A DNA stretch of 41,412 nucleotides, from the IMG/VR virus record IMGVR_UViG_3300010429_000418, positions 1 through 41,412 of that record, one strand, 5' to 3'. Every line of letters begins with the position of its first letter. Positions within the stretch are counted from its first letter, which is position 1. Source of the stretch: a virus. The notes under the pieces were generated by a model. It was not told the origin of the DNA. It worked only from the letters and a program-made list of their open reading frames with translations, and did not search any database. Shown piece after piece: positions 33,378 through 41,147 of the stretch. Made by a program: the position numbers and the translations under genes.

Positions 33378-33586
33378 GGGTAATGGGGAGCACTCGTCTA
33401 AATGAACAGGACACTATCTCTGCCCTTACCGAAGGCAATAAGGTGGATAGAGGTTTGAGTGCGAGGCTCAAGTATAGGGGGCATATCAAGGTCATCTCCC
33501 CGACCGAGCAGGTGGTATGCCCTCACCTTTAGAATGACTTCTTTTTTGCGTTTAAATGCCGATTTCTGGCACAAATAGGAGTTTAG

Positions 33587-33970
33587 ATGGCATATTCCTT
33601 TAAGATACCCTGCTTGCCCCCTTCTATGAACCAGATTTACCAGATTATATATTCCCATAAGATAGTCCAGTTAAGCCCTGAAGCAAGGGCATTTAAGACA
33701 GCGGCAAAGACATATATGCCACCTATGGAGTTCCCTAAAGAGGCAAGGTTCAAAATAGAAGTGGAGGTTCATAGGGATTGGTATCTTAAATCGGATAGGA
33801 CGAAATTAAGGAAGCAGGACTTGTCTAACTTAGAGAAGTTGCTGTTTGATGCCATATTCGAGCATATGGGTAGGGATGACAAGGCACTTATGGTATATTC
33901 CTTGTGTAAGGTTCAGGATGATAAAGAGTTCTTGAAAGTGGAGATACAGGACTTGAATGAACCCGAATAA
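33587..33970 (+). CDS. rusA: RusA-family Holliday-junction resolvase
   Basis: PPSMNQIY near the N-terminus, the acidic motif KQDLSNLEKLLFDAI (the D-x-D-N-x-x-K-x-x-x-D region) and GRDDKALMVYSLCKV. The size is right. Confidence 0.65.
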   Translation: MAYSFKIPCLPPSMNQIYQIIYSHKIVQLSPEARAFKTAAKTYMPPMEFPKEARFKIEVEVHRDWYLKSDRTKLRKQDLSNLEKLLFDAIFEHMGRDDKALMVYSLCKVQDDKEFLKVEIQDLNEPE

Positions 33971-34940
33971 TATATCTCTTGCCCTTACTGGGGATAAGTT
34001 AATTGAAGCGATTACTACCGCCAAGAAGAAGAGAGCACCTATAGCGGAGGGGTTGCTATATGAGCAGACTATACTTATGATTGCCGCAGACCCAGGAGTG
34101 GGTAAGTCAACTATAAGCACACAAGTAGCGGTAGAATTATCCTCTGGCTTGCCCATATTTGGCGTATTTCAGCCCCCAAGGGCTATGAAGGTGCTATATG
34201 TGCAGACAGAACGTAGTATTATTGAGCTGATAGAGAGACTTGAGGTTATTAATAAGACCATACCTATAAGCAAGGACAATCTCGTGATTACATCAGAGTA
34301 TCAGATGCTTAACTTGCTTAATTATGAGCATCTTATAGTCTTTATACAGTGCATTAAGAGGGATTGCCCACAGGTAGATGTTATATTCATAGACCCTATA
34401 TACTGTATGGTAAGTGGAGGGTTAAGCAAGGATGAGCCTGCAAGTGCGTTTACTAAGGCTATGAGTCTACTACAGAAGGAAACAGGGGCTACATTATGGT
34501 ATAACCACCATACCGTCAAACCCTCATATGACAATTCTGGTAGTAAAATAGAGAAAACAGACCCTTTCTATGGGAGCCAATGGCTTAAGGCGCACGTGAC
34601 TGGTAGCTACTATATGAAGGAACGCAAGGATGAGGGAGTGTCCCTACTGAAGAAAAAGGATAACTATAACCTAATGCCCCACCAGATAGACCTTGAGTAT
34701 AACCCAGAGACAGGGCTGTGTATGGCAGTGGGTGATGCCCTGCCAGCACTGTCCAAGGTTAAAAACTACCTAAATATGCGTAAAATTGACCAAAAAGAGT
34801 TCACTTTCAAAGATATTCAAGCTCAAACCCAGTTGTGCACTCGAATACTAAGAGAGTGTTTAGTGCACAGCGATATTAAATGTGATTTAATAAGTGTAAA
34901 TGGTAGTTATAACAAGAAGTTATATAAAATTAAGGTTTGA
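33957..34940 (+). CDS. RepA/DnaB-like RecA-fold ATPase (AAA_25); probable replicative helicase or initiator
   Basis: MIAADPGVGKSTISTQVAVELSSGLPIFG (Walker A), VLYVQTERS and VIFIDPIY (Walker B-like). Confidence 0.65.
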   Translation: MNPNNISLALTGDKLIEAITTAKKKRAPIAEGLLYEQTILMIAADPGVGKSTISTQVAVELSSGLPIFGVFQPPRAMKVLYVQTERSIIELIERLEVINKTIPISKDNLVITSEYQMLNLLNYEHLIVFIQCIKRDCPQVDVIFIDPIYCMVSGGLSKDEPASAFTKAMSLLQKETGATLWYNHHTVKPSYDNSGSKIEKTDPFYGSQWLKAHVTGSYYMKERKDEGVSLLKKKDNYNLMPHQIDLEYNPETGLCMAVGDALPALSKVKNYLNMRKIDQKEFTFKDIQAQTQLCTRILRECLVHSDIKCDLISVNGSYNKKLYKIKV

Positions 34941-34998
34941 AAATACAGTTGTGCTGTGCACAGGCTCGATCTATATATACTATAATACACAAGTGCAC
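34832..34998. promoter_or_regulatory. Cluster of four GTGCAC-core repeats around a TATAAT box (operator or origin-iteron candidate)
   Basis: GTGCAC at 34835-40, 34863-68, 34956-61 and 34993-98. Sites 1 and 4 are inverted copies of GTGCACAACT; sites 2 and 3 share GTGCACAG. TATAAT lies at 34981-86. Confidence 0.45.
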
Positions 34999-35040
34999 AA
35001 CTACTACAGAGTAGATAAGGGGGATAAGAAAGGAGATGAT

Positions 35041-35133
35041 ATGGTTAAGGCGATTAGGAAGCATAATAACAAGGTTAGGCAGAGAAAGCAGAGGCTAATT
35101 AGAAAACTAAAAAGAATGAGGGTAATCCTATGA
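35041..35133 (+). CDS. Highly basic micro-protein (30 aa)
   Basis: AAAGGAG RBS 6 nt upstream. MVKAIRKHNNKVRQRKQRLIRKLKRMRVIL. ATGA overlap with the next gene. Confidence 0.4.
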   Translation: MVKAIRKHNNKVRQRKQRLIRKLKRMRVIL

Positions 35134-35654
35134 GCAATACGATAGTCATTAAGGTATCTAATAAATGGCTTCAAAAGAGATTTATGTGCTCCTACGATTA
35201 TATTACTAAAGAGTGTAAGGGTGGGTGCTGTCAGGGTAGTTCTCGCCTACTAATATCCCTTCTCCCCAAAGAAGAGGAATGGTTTATGCAAAACGGGCGA
35301 AGAGTAGAGAATCACCTATTATGCGGAAATAGTAGGGGATTATGCCCAGAGAAATCTAACGAGGGTCTCTGCAATTTGCACAGAACGGATAAGAAGCCAT
35401 TTGGGTGCATAGTATCTCCATTTACTATAAACAGGAACAATACCCTTATAATTCGCTATCGTTATTCCAGATTAAAGTGCTTTGGGAAAGGGCAACCAGC
35501 TTATAAAGTATTTAAGACATCTTTAGATTTACTCTTTGGGAACGAGATAAGCAACGAGATTGCTACAAAATTAGACAATAACGAGGAGAACATTATGGCT
35601 TTAATAAGTAAAGAACACTATAACAATTTAATTTACCTTGATGGTGTAAAATGA
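35130..35654 (+). CDS. YkgJ/UPF0153-type Cys-cluster (zinc/iron-chelating) protein
   Basis: ECKGGCC followed by GLCPEKSNEGLCNLHRTDKKPFGCIVSPF, matching the CxxCxxCC ... C..h...RP..C..fP pattern. ATGA-coupled to the downstream methyltransferase. Confidence 0.55.
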   Translation: MSNTIVIKVSNKWLQKRFMCSYDYITKECKGGCCQGSSRLLISLLPKEEEWFMQNGRRVENHLLCGNSRGLCPEKSNEGLCNLHRTDKKPFGCIVSPFTINRNNTLIIRYRYSRLKCFGKGQPAYKVFKTSLDLLFGNEISNEIATKLDNNEENIMALISKEHYNNLIYLDGVK

Positions 35655-36502
35655 CAGATATACTTAATAAGAACCTTGATAACGTTCAGAGTGATACTGA
35701 CTTATTTGGTGTTAAGATAGAGAAACTCAGTATGAGGGATAGAATAGGTTTTCTACCTATTAGTATATGGGAACCAAACTGGAACATTGTCAAGGAACTT
35801 AAACCTATTGTTGGAGATGATGGAAGTAGTCGTGAATTAGTAGGCGGCAAAATGGCTCTACCAGGAAGTAAGTATACTACGAGTATATTTAACCCACATC
35901 TCGCTCAAATGATATTGAGCGCTTATTGCCCCACTAAAGCAAAAATATATGACCCCTTTGCCGGTGGTGGAACGAGAGGTTTTATTGCTACTGCTATGGG
36001 ACATACATATTCAGGAATAGAAATTAGGAAGGAAGAAGTGGATAGGATTAAAGAACAACAGACGATACTAAGTAAAAGTTTTGAAATAAAGATAGGAGAT
36101 AGCCAAAATAGATATTACGATAACAATTCTTTTGACTTCTGCTATACCTGTCCTCCTTATTATAATTTAGAGGTATATAGTAAGTTGGAAGATGATTTAA
36201 GTAATGCACCCACATACAACGACTTCCTATGTATGATGCTTAAAGTAATGAGAACTACATACGAGTTAATGAGAGTTGATACTTTAACTATATTTGTAGT
36301 AGGAAACTTCAGAAATAAAGAAGGAGAGCTTCTACATTTCAATGGAGATATAGTATCGATAGCAAAAAATGTGGGATATAAATTGCACGATGAACTTATA
36401 TTCTGGGGAGCGAGTAAATGTGCAAGTCAGAGATGTGGACAATTTGAGGCTAATCGCAAAAGTGTTAGGGTTCACGAGTATATTATTGTTTTAAGGAAAT
36501 AG
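35651..36502 (+). CDS. DNA N4-cytosine/N6-adenine methyltransferase
   Basis: AdoMet motif IYDPFAGGGTRG and catalytic CYTCPPYYN ((S/D/N)PPY-type motif IV). Confidence 0.75.
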   Translation: MTDILNKNLDNVQSDTDLFGVKIEKLSMRDRIGFLPISIWEPNWNIVKELKPIVGDDGSSRELVGGKMALPGSKYTTSIFNPHLAQMILSAYCPTKAKIYDPFAGGGTRGFIATAMGHTYSGIEIRKEEVDRIKEQQTILSKSFEIKIGDSQNRYYDNNSFDFCYTCPPYYNLEVYSKLEDDLSNAPTYNDFLCMMLKVMRTTYELMRVDTLTIFVVGNFRNKEGELLHFNGDIVSIAKNVGYKLHDELIFWGASKCASQRCGQFEANRKSVRVHEYIIVLRK

Positions 36503-36507
36503 AACTC

Positions 36508-36582
36508 TCCACCCTCGTCTAATGGGAAGGACACGAGGCCTTGAACCTCGCAATCAACGTTCGAGCCGTTGGGGTGGAACCA
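36508..36582 (+). tRNA. tRNA with anticodon UUG (Gln-type; U1-A72) and a non-canonical C at position 33; CCA encoded
   Basis: Manual cloverleaf:
- acceptor 36508-14 TCCACCC / 36572-78 GGGTGGA;
- U8;
- D stem 36517-20 / 36529-32 with loop AATGGGAA (G18 G19);
- anticodon stem 36534-38 CGAGG / 36546-50 CCTCG with loop CCTTGAA;
- 4-nt variable loop;
- T stem 36555-59 CAACG / 36567-71 CGTTG with loop TTCGAGC;
- discriminator A;
- CCA at 36580-82. Confidence 0.85.
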
Positions 36583-36598
36583 GAAAGGGAGGGAGAAG

Positions 36599-37249
36599 AT
36601 GAAGATAATACTTGAAGCGATAGTAGGTTCTACTGCCTATGGATTGTCTAATGAAAATAGCGATATAGATAAAATAGGCATATACGTCGCACCTACTAAA
36701 GATATTTTGAGTTTACATAAACCCAAAGAAACTATTGTATATAATAAACCAGATATAACTTATCACGAAGTAGAGAAGTATGTGCGATTGGCAATGAATT
36801 GTAATCCTACCATACTTGAGTTATTGTTTATGGATAAGTATGAGATAATTACAGAAGAAGGGCAAATGCTTATAGATATTCGCAAGGCATTTCTCAATAC
36901 TACAATTTATAATTCTTATGGTGGGTATGCTATACAACAAGCAAGGAAATTAAATCGCAGGGGACATAGTTTTGATTCGAGCGTAAAGAACAGACACGAG
37001 AAGCACGCACGGCATTGTTTCAGACTTTTGATACAGGGAACTCAATTACTAAAAGAGCATAATTTGTCAGTAAGGGTTTTAGACCCACGGGCAATTATGG
37101 ATTTTGGGGAATTGGATGTTGAAGAAATGGTTAACCGTTTTGAGGAAGAATACAAGATATTTAGAGCGATACAGACAAATCTGCCAAAAGAACCAGATTA
37201 TAAAACGATAAACAATGTGTTATTAAAAATACGAGAGATAAATGTATAA
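36599..37249 (+). CDS. RlaP-type (PF10127-like) Pol-beta-fold nucleotidyltransferase
   Basis: Start trimmed to MKIILEAIVGSTAYGLSNENSDIDKIGIYVAP (the GS..YG....SD.D signature) with RBS GGGAGGGAG; the ORF-track TTG start would lie inside the tRNA. NCNPTILELLF follows, as in the family. Confidence 0.65.
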   Translation: MKIILEAIVGSTAYGLSNENSDIDKIGIYVAPTKDILSLHKPKETIVYNKPDITYHEVEKYVRLAMNCNPTILELLFMDKYEIITEEGQMLIDIRKAFLNTTIYNSYGGYAIQQARKLNRRGHSFDSSVKNRHEKHARHCFRLLIQGTQLLKEHNLSVRVLDPRAIMDFGELDVEEMVNRFEEEYKIFRAIQTNLPKEPDYKTINNVLLKIREINV

Positions 37250-38240
37250 CAAAGTCAGAGAAATCATAGAGCCATTATATCAAGTAGGTGGAAGTGTTAG
37301 AGATGAATTACTTGAAATGCCTATAAAGGATTATGACTTCTGCACTCCACTAACTCCTGATGAAATTGAGCAAAAGATAAGACAGGCAGGAAAACACCCT
37401 TATATCGTAGGAAAGAGATTCGGAACGATAGGTATGAAAATAGACGGACAATTAGTAGAAATAACTACATTCAGAAATGAAGTCTATTCTTTAGGAAGCC
37501 GTAAACCCCAAGTAGAGTTTGTAAAAGATATTACTGCGGATTTAAGCAGGAGAGATTTTACTGTAAATGCTATGGCAAAAAGAGACGGAAGGATAATTGA
37601 CCCGTTTGGAGGTAAGTTAGATTTGTTGAGTAGAATAATAAAGTGTGTCAATAATCCTAAAGAAAGATTTAAGGAAGATGCTTTACGTATGTTAAGAGCC
37701 GCAAGGTTTGCTTCTCAATTAGAATTTGATATAGACCCTAACCTTGAGGGAACTACGAAGAATATGAACCATAGGATATTGTTTATCAGCCGTGAAAGAT
37801 GGAATATGGAAATGGATAAATTACTTCTTACTGATAAGCCAAGTGTAGGGTTAGATTTTTTAGCAAGAACAAGGTTATTAAACTTTATGTTCCCTGAATT
37901 ATCTTTACAGGTAGGATTTAATCAAGACTCCCCGCATCACGATTTTGATTTATGGACACATACAAAAAAGGTTGTAGATAATTCTCAAAAGAGTATAGAA
38001 ATCAGGTGGGCGGCATTATTACACGATATAGCAAAGCCATTCGTTAAGGTTAAGAAGAAGGAATATAGCAATTATATAAAACACGACCTATTAGGAAAAG
38101 AATTAGTTATAAAAGTTGCTGACTATCTTAAATGGTCGAATGATAGAAAAGAAGAAGTATCAGAATTAGTATTGCACCATTTAGACCAAGACAGTCCTTT
38201 AAAGAAAGCAGATAATATGTCAAAGGTAGAATTATCTTGA
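37242..38240 (+). CDS. cca: tRNA nucleotidyltransferase (CCA-adding enzyme class II) with an HD domain
   Basis: GGSVRDELL, RRDFTVNAM, EDALRMLRAARFASQL (PolyA_pol head and neck), then HHDFDLWTHT...LLHDIAKP (HD). It overlaps the upstream nucleotidyltransferase by 8 nt. Confidence 0.85.
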   Translation: MYNKVREIIEPLYQVGGSVRDELLEMPIKDYDFCTPLTPDEIEQKIRQAGKHPYIVGKRFGTIGMKIDGQLVEITTFRNEVYSLGSRKPQVEFVKDITADLSRRDFTVNAMAKRDGRIIDPFGGKLDLLSRIIKCVNNPKERFKEDALRMLRAARFASQLEFDIDPNLEGTTKNMNHRILFISRERWNMEMDKLLLTDKPSVGLDFLARTRLLNFMFPELSLQVGFNQDSPHHDFDLWTHTKKVVDNSQKSIEIRWAALLHDIAKPFVKVKKKEYSNYIKHDLLGKELVIKVADYLKWSNDRKEEVSELVLHHLDQDSPLKKADNMSKVELS

Positions 38241-38276
38241 CATCCCCTATTTCCCCGTCGAGGATATGAAAAGTTT

Positions 38277-38477
38277 ATGGGCAGATATTGGGAATGTTTC
38301 ATCAACAGGAATAATCGCAACCACCCCATATTACTAAAAGTAGTGAAAGAACTCGGAAAGAAATCTTGGGGAAGATGCGCTGAACTTAAAATAGTAGAGA
38401 TACCTAATGGCATAGAATATGAAATTGACAACTATGATGGAGTAGAAACCGTCCACGAAAAACACAGAAGTTGGTAA
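38277..38477 (+). CDS. Hypothetical small protein (66 aa)
   Basis: ORF track. The C-terminal IVEIPNGIEYEIDNYDGVETVHEKHRSW pattern recurs in small phage proteins (recollection only). Confidence 0.5.
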   Translation: MGRYWECFINRNNRNHPILLKVVKELGKKSWGRCAELKIVEIPNGIEYEIDNYDGVETVHEKHRSW

Positions 38478-38489
38478 AGGACTCCTCTA

Positions 38490-38627
38490 ATGGCTAAAAA
38501 GAAGAAGTGTAAACACATATACGATTGGGAAGAACCTTGCCCTTATTGTGGTTACCAAGAAGGAGTATGCAAGAAATGTAAACGATATGTTTGCCGTCAA
38601 GGAAACAGGAAAGTGGAGGAACTCTAA
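38490..38627 (+). CDS. Zinc-ribbon micro-protein (45 aa)
   Basis: Not in the ORF track. MAKKKKCKHIYDWEEPCPYCGYQEGVCKKCKRYVCRQGNRKVEEL. Its stop abuts the next ATG. Confidence 0.45.
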   Translation: MAKKKKCKHIYDWEEPCPYCGYQEGVCKKCKRYVCRQGNRKVEEL

Positions 38628-39011
38628 ATGACAAATAAGCACGTGGTATCGCTTGAACCAGCGAAGAAGTTGAAGGAAGCGGGATATCCACAGGAAGGTA
38701 GGTTTTGGTGGTTTTACGATAAATTCGACCACAAATGGAAAATTAAAACTTATCCTGCTCGCACAAAAAGAACAGGAACTTTTGTCGCCCCTCTCGCCTC
38801 GGAGTTGATGGAGAGGTTGCCCGAAGAAATTATCACAAAACATACCTATTCATTAAACATTGGAAAATGGAATGATAGATACAACGTAACATATAATTGG
38901 GAGGAAGGTAATGATTCGGGAAGTTTAGAGGGTGCTTTTCAATCTGATAATAACCTCTGTGATGCTTTGGCTCTAATGTGGCTCTATCTCAAACAGAAAG
39001 GATTACTCTAA
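38628..39011 (+). CDS. Hypothetical protein (127 aa)
   Basis: ORF track; TAATG junction with the next gene. Confidence 0.55.
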   Translation: MTNKHVVSLEPAKKLKEAGYPQEGRFWWFYDKFDHKWKIKTYPARTKRTGTFVAPLASELMERLPEEIITKHTYSLNIGKWNDRYNVTYNWEEGNDSGSLEGAFQSDNNLCDALALMWLYLKQKGLL

Positions 39012-39598
39012 TGCTCCCCTCAATAAAGGATGTAAAGGAAGCGGTAGCAATTAAGATAAGACAAGAGATGGCAGAAGGAGAGTATCCTACTTCCAAACAA
39101 ATATCTGATTCAGATAATACACTTGTTTGTTTAGCCCAATCCTACCTCACCGGCGAGATAGGGGTGTTGGCGAGCGAGGAGGAGATAAAAGGAATTATTT
39201 CTAAAATGCGTTCCGATAAATGTAGAGGATGCGAAAATGAATTTGATAGAAATTCTTGCTTCATACGACAAATTAGAAGAGACGAGCGATGCACAAAAGG
39301 CGTTAATGATGAAGATATAGCCCACGCCTTACACGGAAAGGTGGGAAAGGGAGAGGAGATGAGCAGGGAGGAGATAGAAAACATTCTTGATATATGGGTT
39401 CACGAAAATGGATTAGGTGATTACGATAAAATCCCCAAATTCGAAGAATATAAAAAACTCGTTGATGCCCTTGTAGGTAAGGTAGCCAAGACCGAAGGGA
39501 TAAAGTTTCCGAAGAACCCCTACAATCCAGAATATGACCAACCAAAATGGATAGGTTATAACCAAGCCCTCAAAGAGATTGAGGGTCTGAACAGGTGA
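39011..39598 (+). CDS. Hypothetical protein (195 aa)
   Basis: Start trimmed to MLPSIKDV at the TAATG junction. Confidence 0.55.
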   Translation: MLPSIKDVKEAVAIKIRQEMAEGEYPTSKQISDSDNTLVCLAQSYLTGEIGVLASEEEIKGIISKMRSDKCRGCENEFDRNSCFIRQIRRDERCTKGVNDEDIAHALHGKVGKGEEMSREEIENILDIWVHENGLGDYDKIPKFEEYKKLVDALVGKVAKTEGIKFPKNPYNPEYDQPKWIGYNQALKEIEGLNR

Positions 39599-39729
39599 AA
39601 TATAGGGCAAGTGTAATAACTAAATGGCTCAAGCGGTTGCCGAAACTGCAGATAGGCAAAGAGGAGATGCCAAAGTGTCCCGAAAGGGTAGCCCTGCTAA
39701 GTAAACCAATGAACAGGAGGGAGAAGTGA
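39595..39729 (+). CDS. Hypothetical micro-protein (44 aa, GTG start)
   Basis: Not in the ORF track. GTGA overlaps at both ends suggest coupling. Weak call. Confidence 0.3.
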   Translation: MKYRASVITKWLKRLPKLQIGKEEMPKCPERVALLSKPMNRREK

Positions 39730-40013
39730 GAGATATATTATTAAGGTGTAAATGCGGAGTGTTCTTTACTGCTAACGAGCATAGGGATTATTATCAGACA
39801 GCCGAGGAATGGCTCGTAGATAGGATAAGAGACCAAGAAGAGATAGATAAGTTCGATAAAGAAATATGGGGAGAAATGATAAAGAGGGATACGATTTATT
39901 CCCTTCAATTCTATCCTGACACACCCGTGGGATTTTATATAATTTATCACTATGACTATGATGAATTATTAAAGAAAGCCAAAAATATATTATATGCCGA
40001 TAAACAAGTCTAA
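39726..40013 (+). CDS. Hypothetical protein (95 aa)
   Basis: ORF track (GTG start). Confidence 0.5.
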   Translation: MRDILLRCKCGVFFTANEHRDYYQTAEEWLVDRIRDQEEIDKFDKEIWGEMIKRDTIYSLQFYPDTPVGFYIIYHYDYDELLKKAKNILYADKQV

Positions 40014-40033
40014 CCGATAAAAAGGAGGAGATA

Positions 40034-40213
40034 ATGAAAGTAGAGTTTGCAATAATGAGTTCGGAGCAAAAAGTATGTTTATCAATTATTCCAGAAACAG
40101 CTTTTGAGATAACATTTATAGATAGGGTATCTAACTATCTCCCCACACATCAAGTTTGCTGTTCTGAAAAACGTATAATCATTGAAACAAAGATGAGAGA
40201 TAACCTAAAATGA
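40034..40213 (+). CDS. Hypothetical small protein (59 aa)
   Basis: Not in the ORF track. AAAGGAGGAG RBS 4 nt upstream; ATGA overlap with the next gene. Confidence 0.5.
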   Translation: MKVEFAIMSSEQKVCLSIIPETAFEITFIDRVSNYLPTHQVCCSEKRIIIETKMRDNLK

Positions 40214-40428
40214 AAACCTGTAATGGCGGTGGATTTTGTTCATATAACATAATAAATGGGTGTTTAACGGAGTGCTCCTATGAAGGTTATTGCGACCATC
40301 AGCGTCCGATTGACAGCAGGCAACCAGATCCTATAGGTATTGAATTATCTTATTGTATCTGCGGTAGTCCCGCTACGACTGGCGGAAAATGTTCAGTATG
40401 TGGAAAAGACAAATACACGGGGAGATAA
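40210..40428 (+). CDS. Cys-rich small protein (72 aa; 11 Cys)
   Basis: ORF track. CNGGGFCSYNIINGCLTECSYEGYC ... CICGSPATTGGKCSVCG. Confidence 0.5.
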   Translation: MKTCNGGGFCSYNIINGCLTECSYEGYCDHQRPIDSRQPDPIGIELSYCICGSPATTGGKCSVCGKDKYTGR

Positions 40429-40488
40429 AATGAAACTCTTACTCACAATACTGGTATTCATCGGGTTGAAGGCGTGGGAGATTGGGAG

Positions 40489-41049
40489 ATGAAAATAGAA
40501 CGAGTGTGGGCGATGCCAAGCAAGTGGACTTTTACCATTAAACCTATTAAAGAATTATTGAGCAGGTATGTAAATAATGGTTATTGGTGTGACCCATTTG
40601 CGGGAGAAAACAGCCCTGCTCAAATTAAGAATGATTTATCAGGAAAAGTAGAGAGTAATTTAGATGCTCTCGAATTTCTCAAAAGTAGGGAAAATAACCA
40701 ATTTGATGGAGTATTATTTGATCCGCCCTATTCCATTACACAAGCAAAACAATGTTATGAAGGCAGGGGTATGGAGTTATTAGAGACCAAACCTACATCA
40801 ATGAAATATTGGGCAGAATGTAAAAATCAAATAGCTCGAATACTTAAGCCCGGAGGTATCGCGATTTGCTGTGGCTGGACAAGTATGGGTATTGGGAAGA
40901 ATAGAAATTTTGAGATGGTGGAAATACTACTTGTCCCGCACGGCGGAAGCAAAAACGACACTATTGTTACCGTAGAAATGAAAAGAAATAATGCTATGAA
41001 CCCATCAAACTGGCAGAAGGCAAACAGGATAACAGGGAGGGGAAGATGA
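40489..41049 (+). CDS. DNA N6-adenine methyltransferase (DPPY type)
   Basis: WCDPFAGENSPA (AdoMet region) and GVLFDPPYS (motif IV). Start trimmed to MKIERVWAMPSKWTF; the ORF-track GTG start is at 40474. Confidence 0.7.
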   Translation: MKIERVWAMPSKWTFTIKPIKELLSRYVNNGYWCDPFAGENSPAQIKNDLSGKVESNLDALEFLKSRENNQFDGVLFDPPYSITQAKQCYEGRGMELLETKPTSMKYWAECKNQIARILKPGGIAICCGWTSMGIGKNRNFEMVEILLVPHGGSKNDTIVTVEMKRNNAMNPSNWQKANRITGRGR

Positions 41050-41147
41050 AGTATTTTATACTACAAATCATAGGTGCTGTTTTGTGTCTTGTTGGGATAT
41101 GCTTACTATATGTCAGCAATAGATTATATGTAGGAAGTTTACACTAA
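41046..41147 (+). CDS. Single-pass membrane micro-peptide (33 aa)
   Basis: Not in the ORF track. ATGA overlap with the methyltransferase stop. MKYFILQIIGAVLCLVGICLLYV... Confidence 0.35.
   Translation: MKYFILQIIGAVLCLVGICLLYVSNRLYVGSLH

Noticed and set aside
33398-33658. 86-aa minus-strand ORF across the 33.4-33.6 kb gap
   Set aside because: It is on the wrong strand for the arm, overlaps the rusA start with its strong RBS, and has no motif. The gap is reported instead as an unexplained non-coding region.
36508-36582. Possibility that the tRNA is a suppressor signalling stop-codon recoding
   Set aside because: The anticodon reads UUG, not CUA, UCA or UUA. In addition, all long genes are open under the standard code with TAA, TAG and TGA all used as stops.
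36569-36598. ORF-track TTG start of the nucleotidyltransferase at 36569
   Set aside because: It would begin inside the T-arm and acceptor stem of the tRNA. The ATG at 36599, preceded by GGGAGGGAG, gives the conserved MKII..GS..YG N-terminus.
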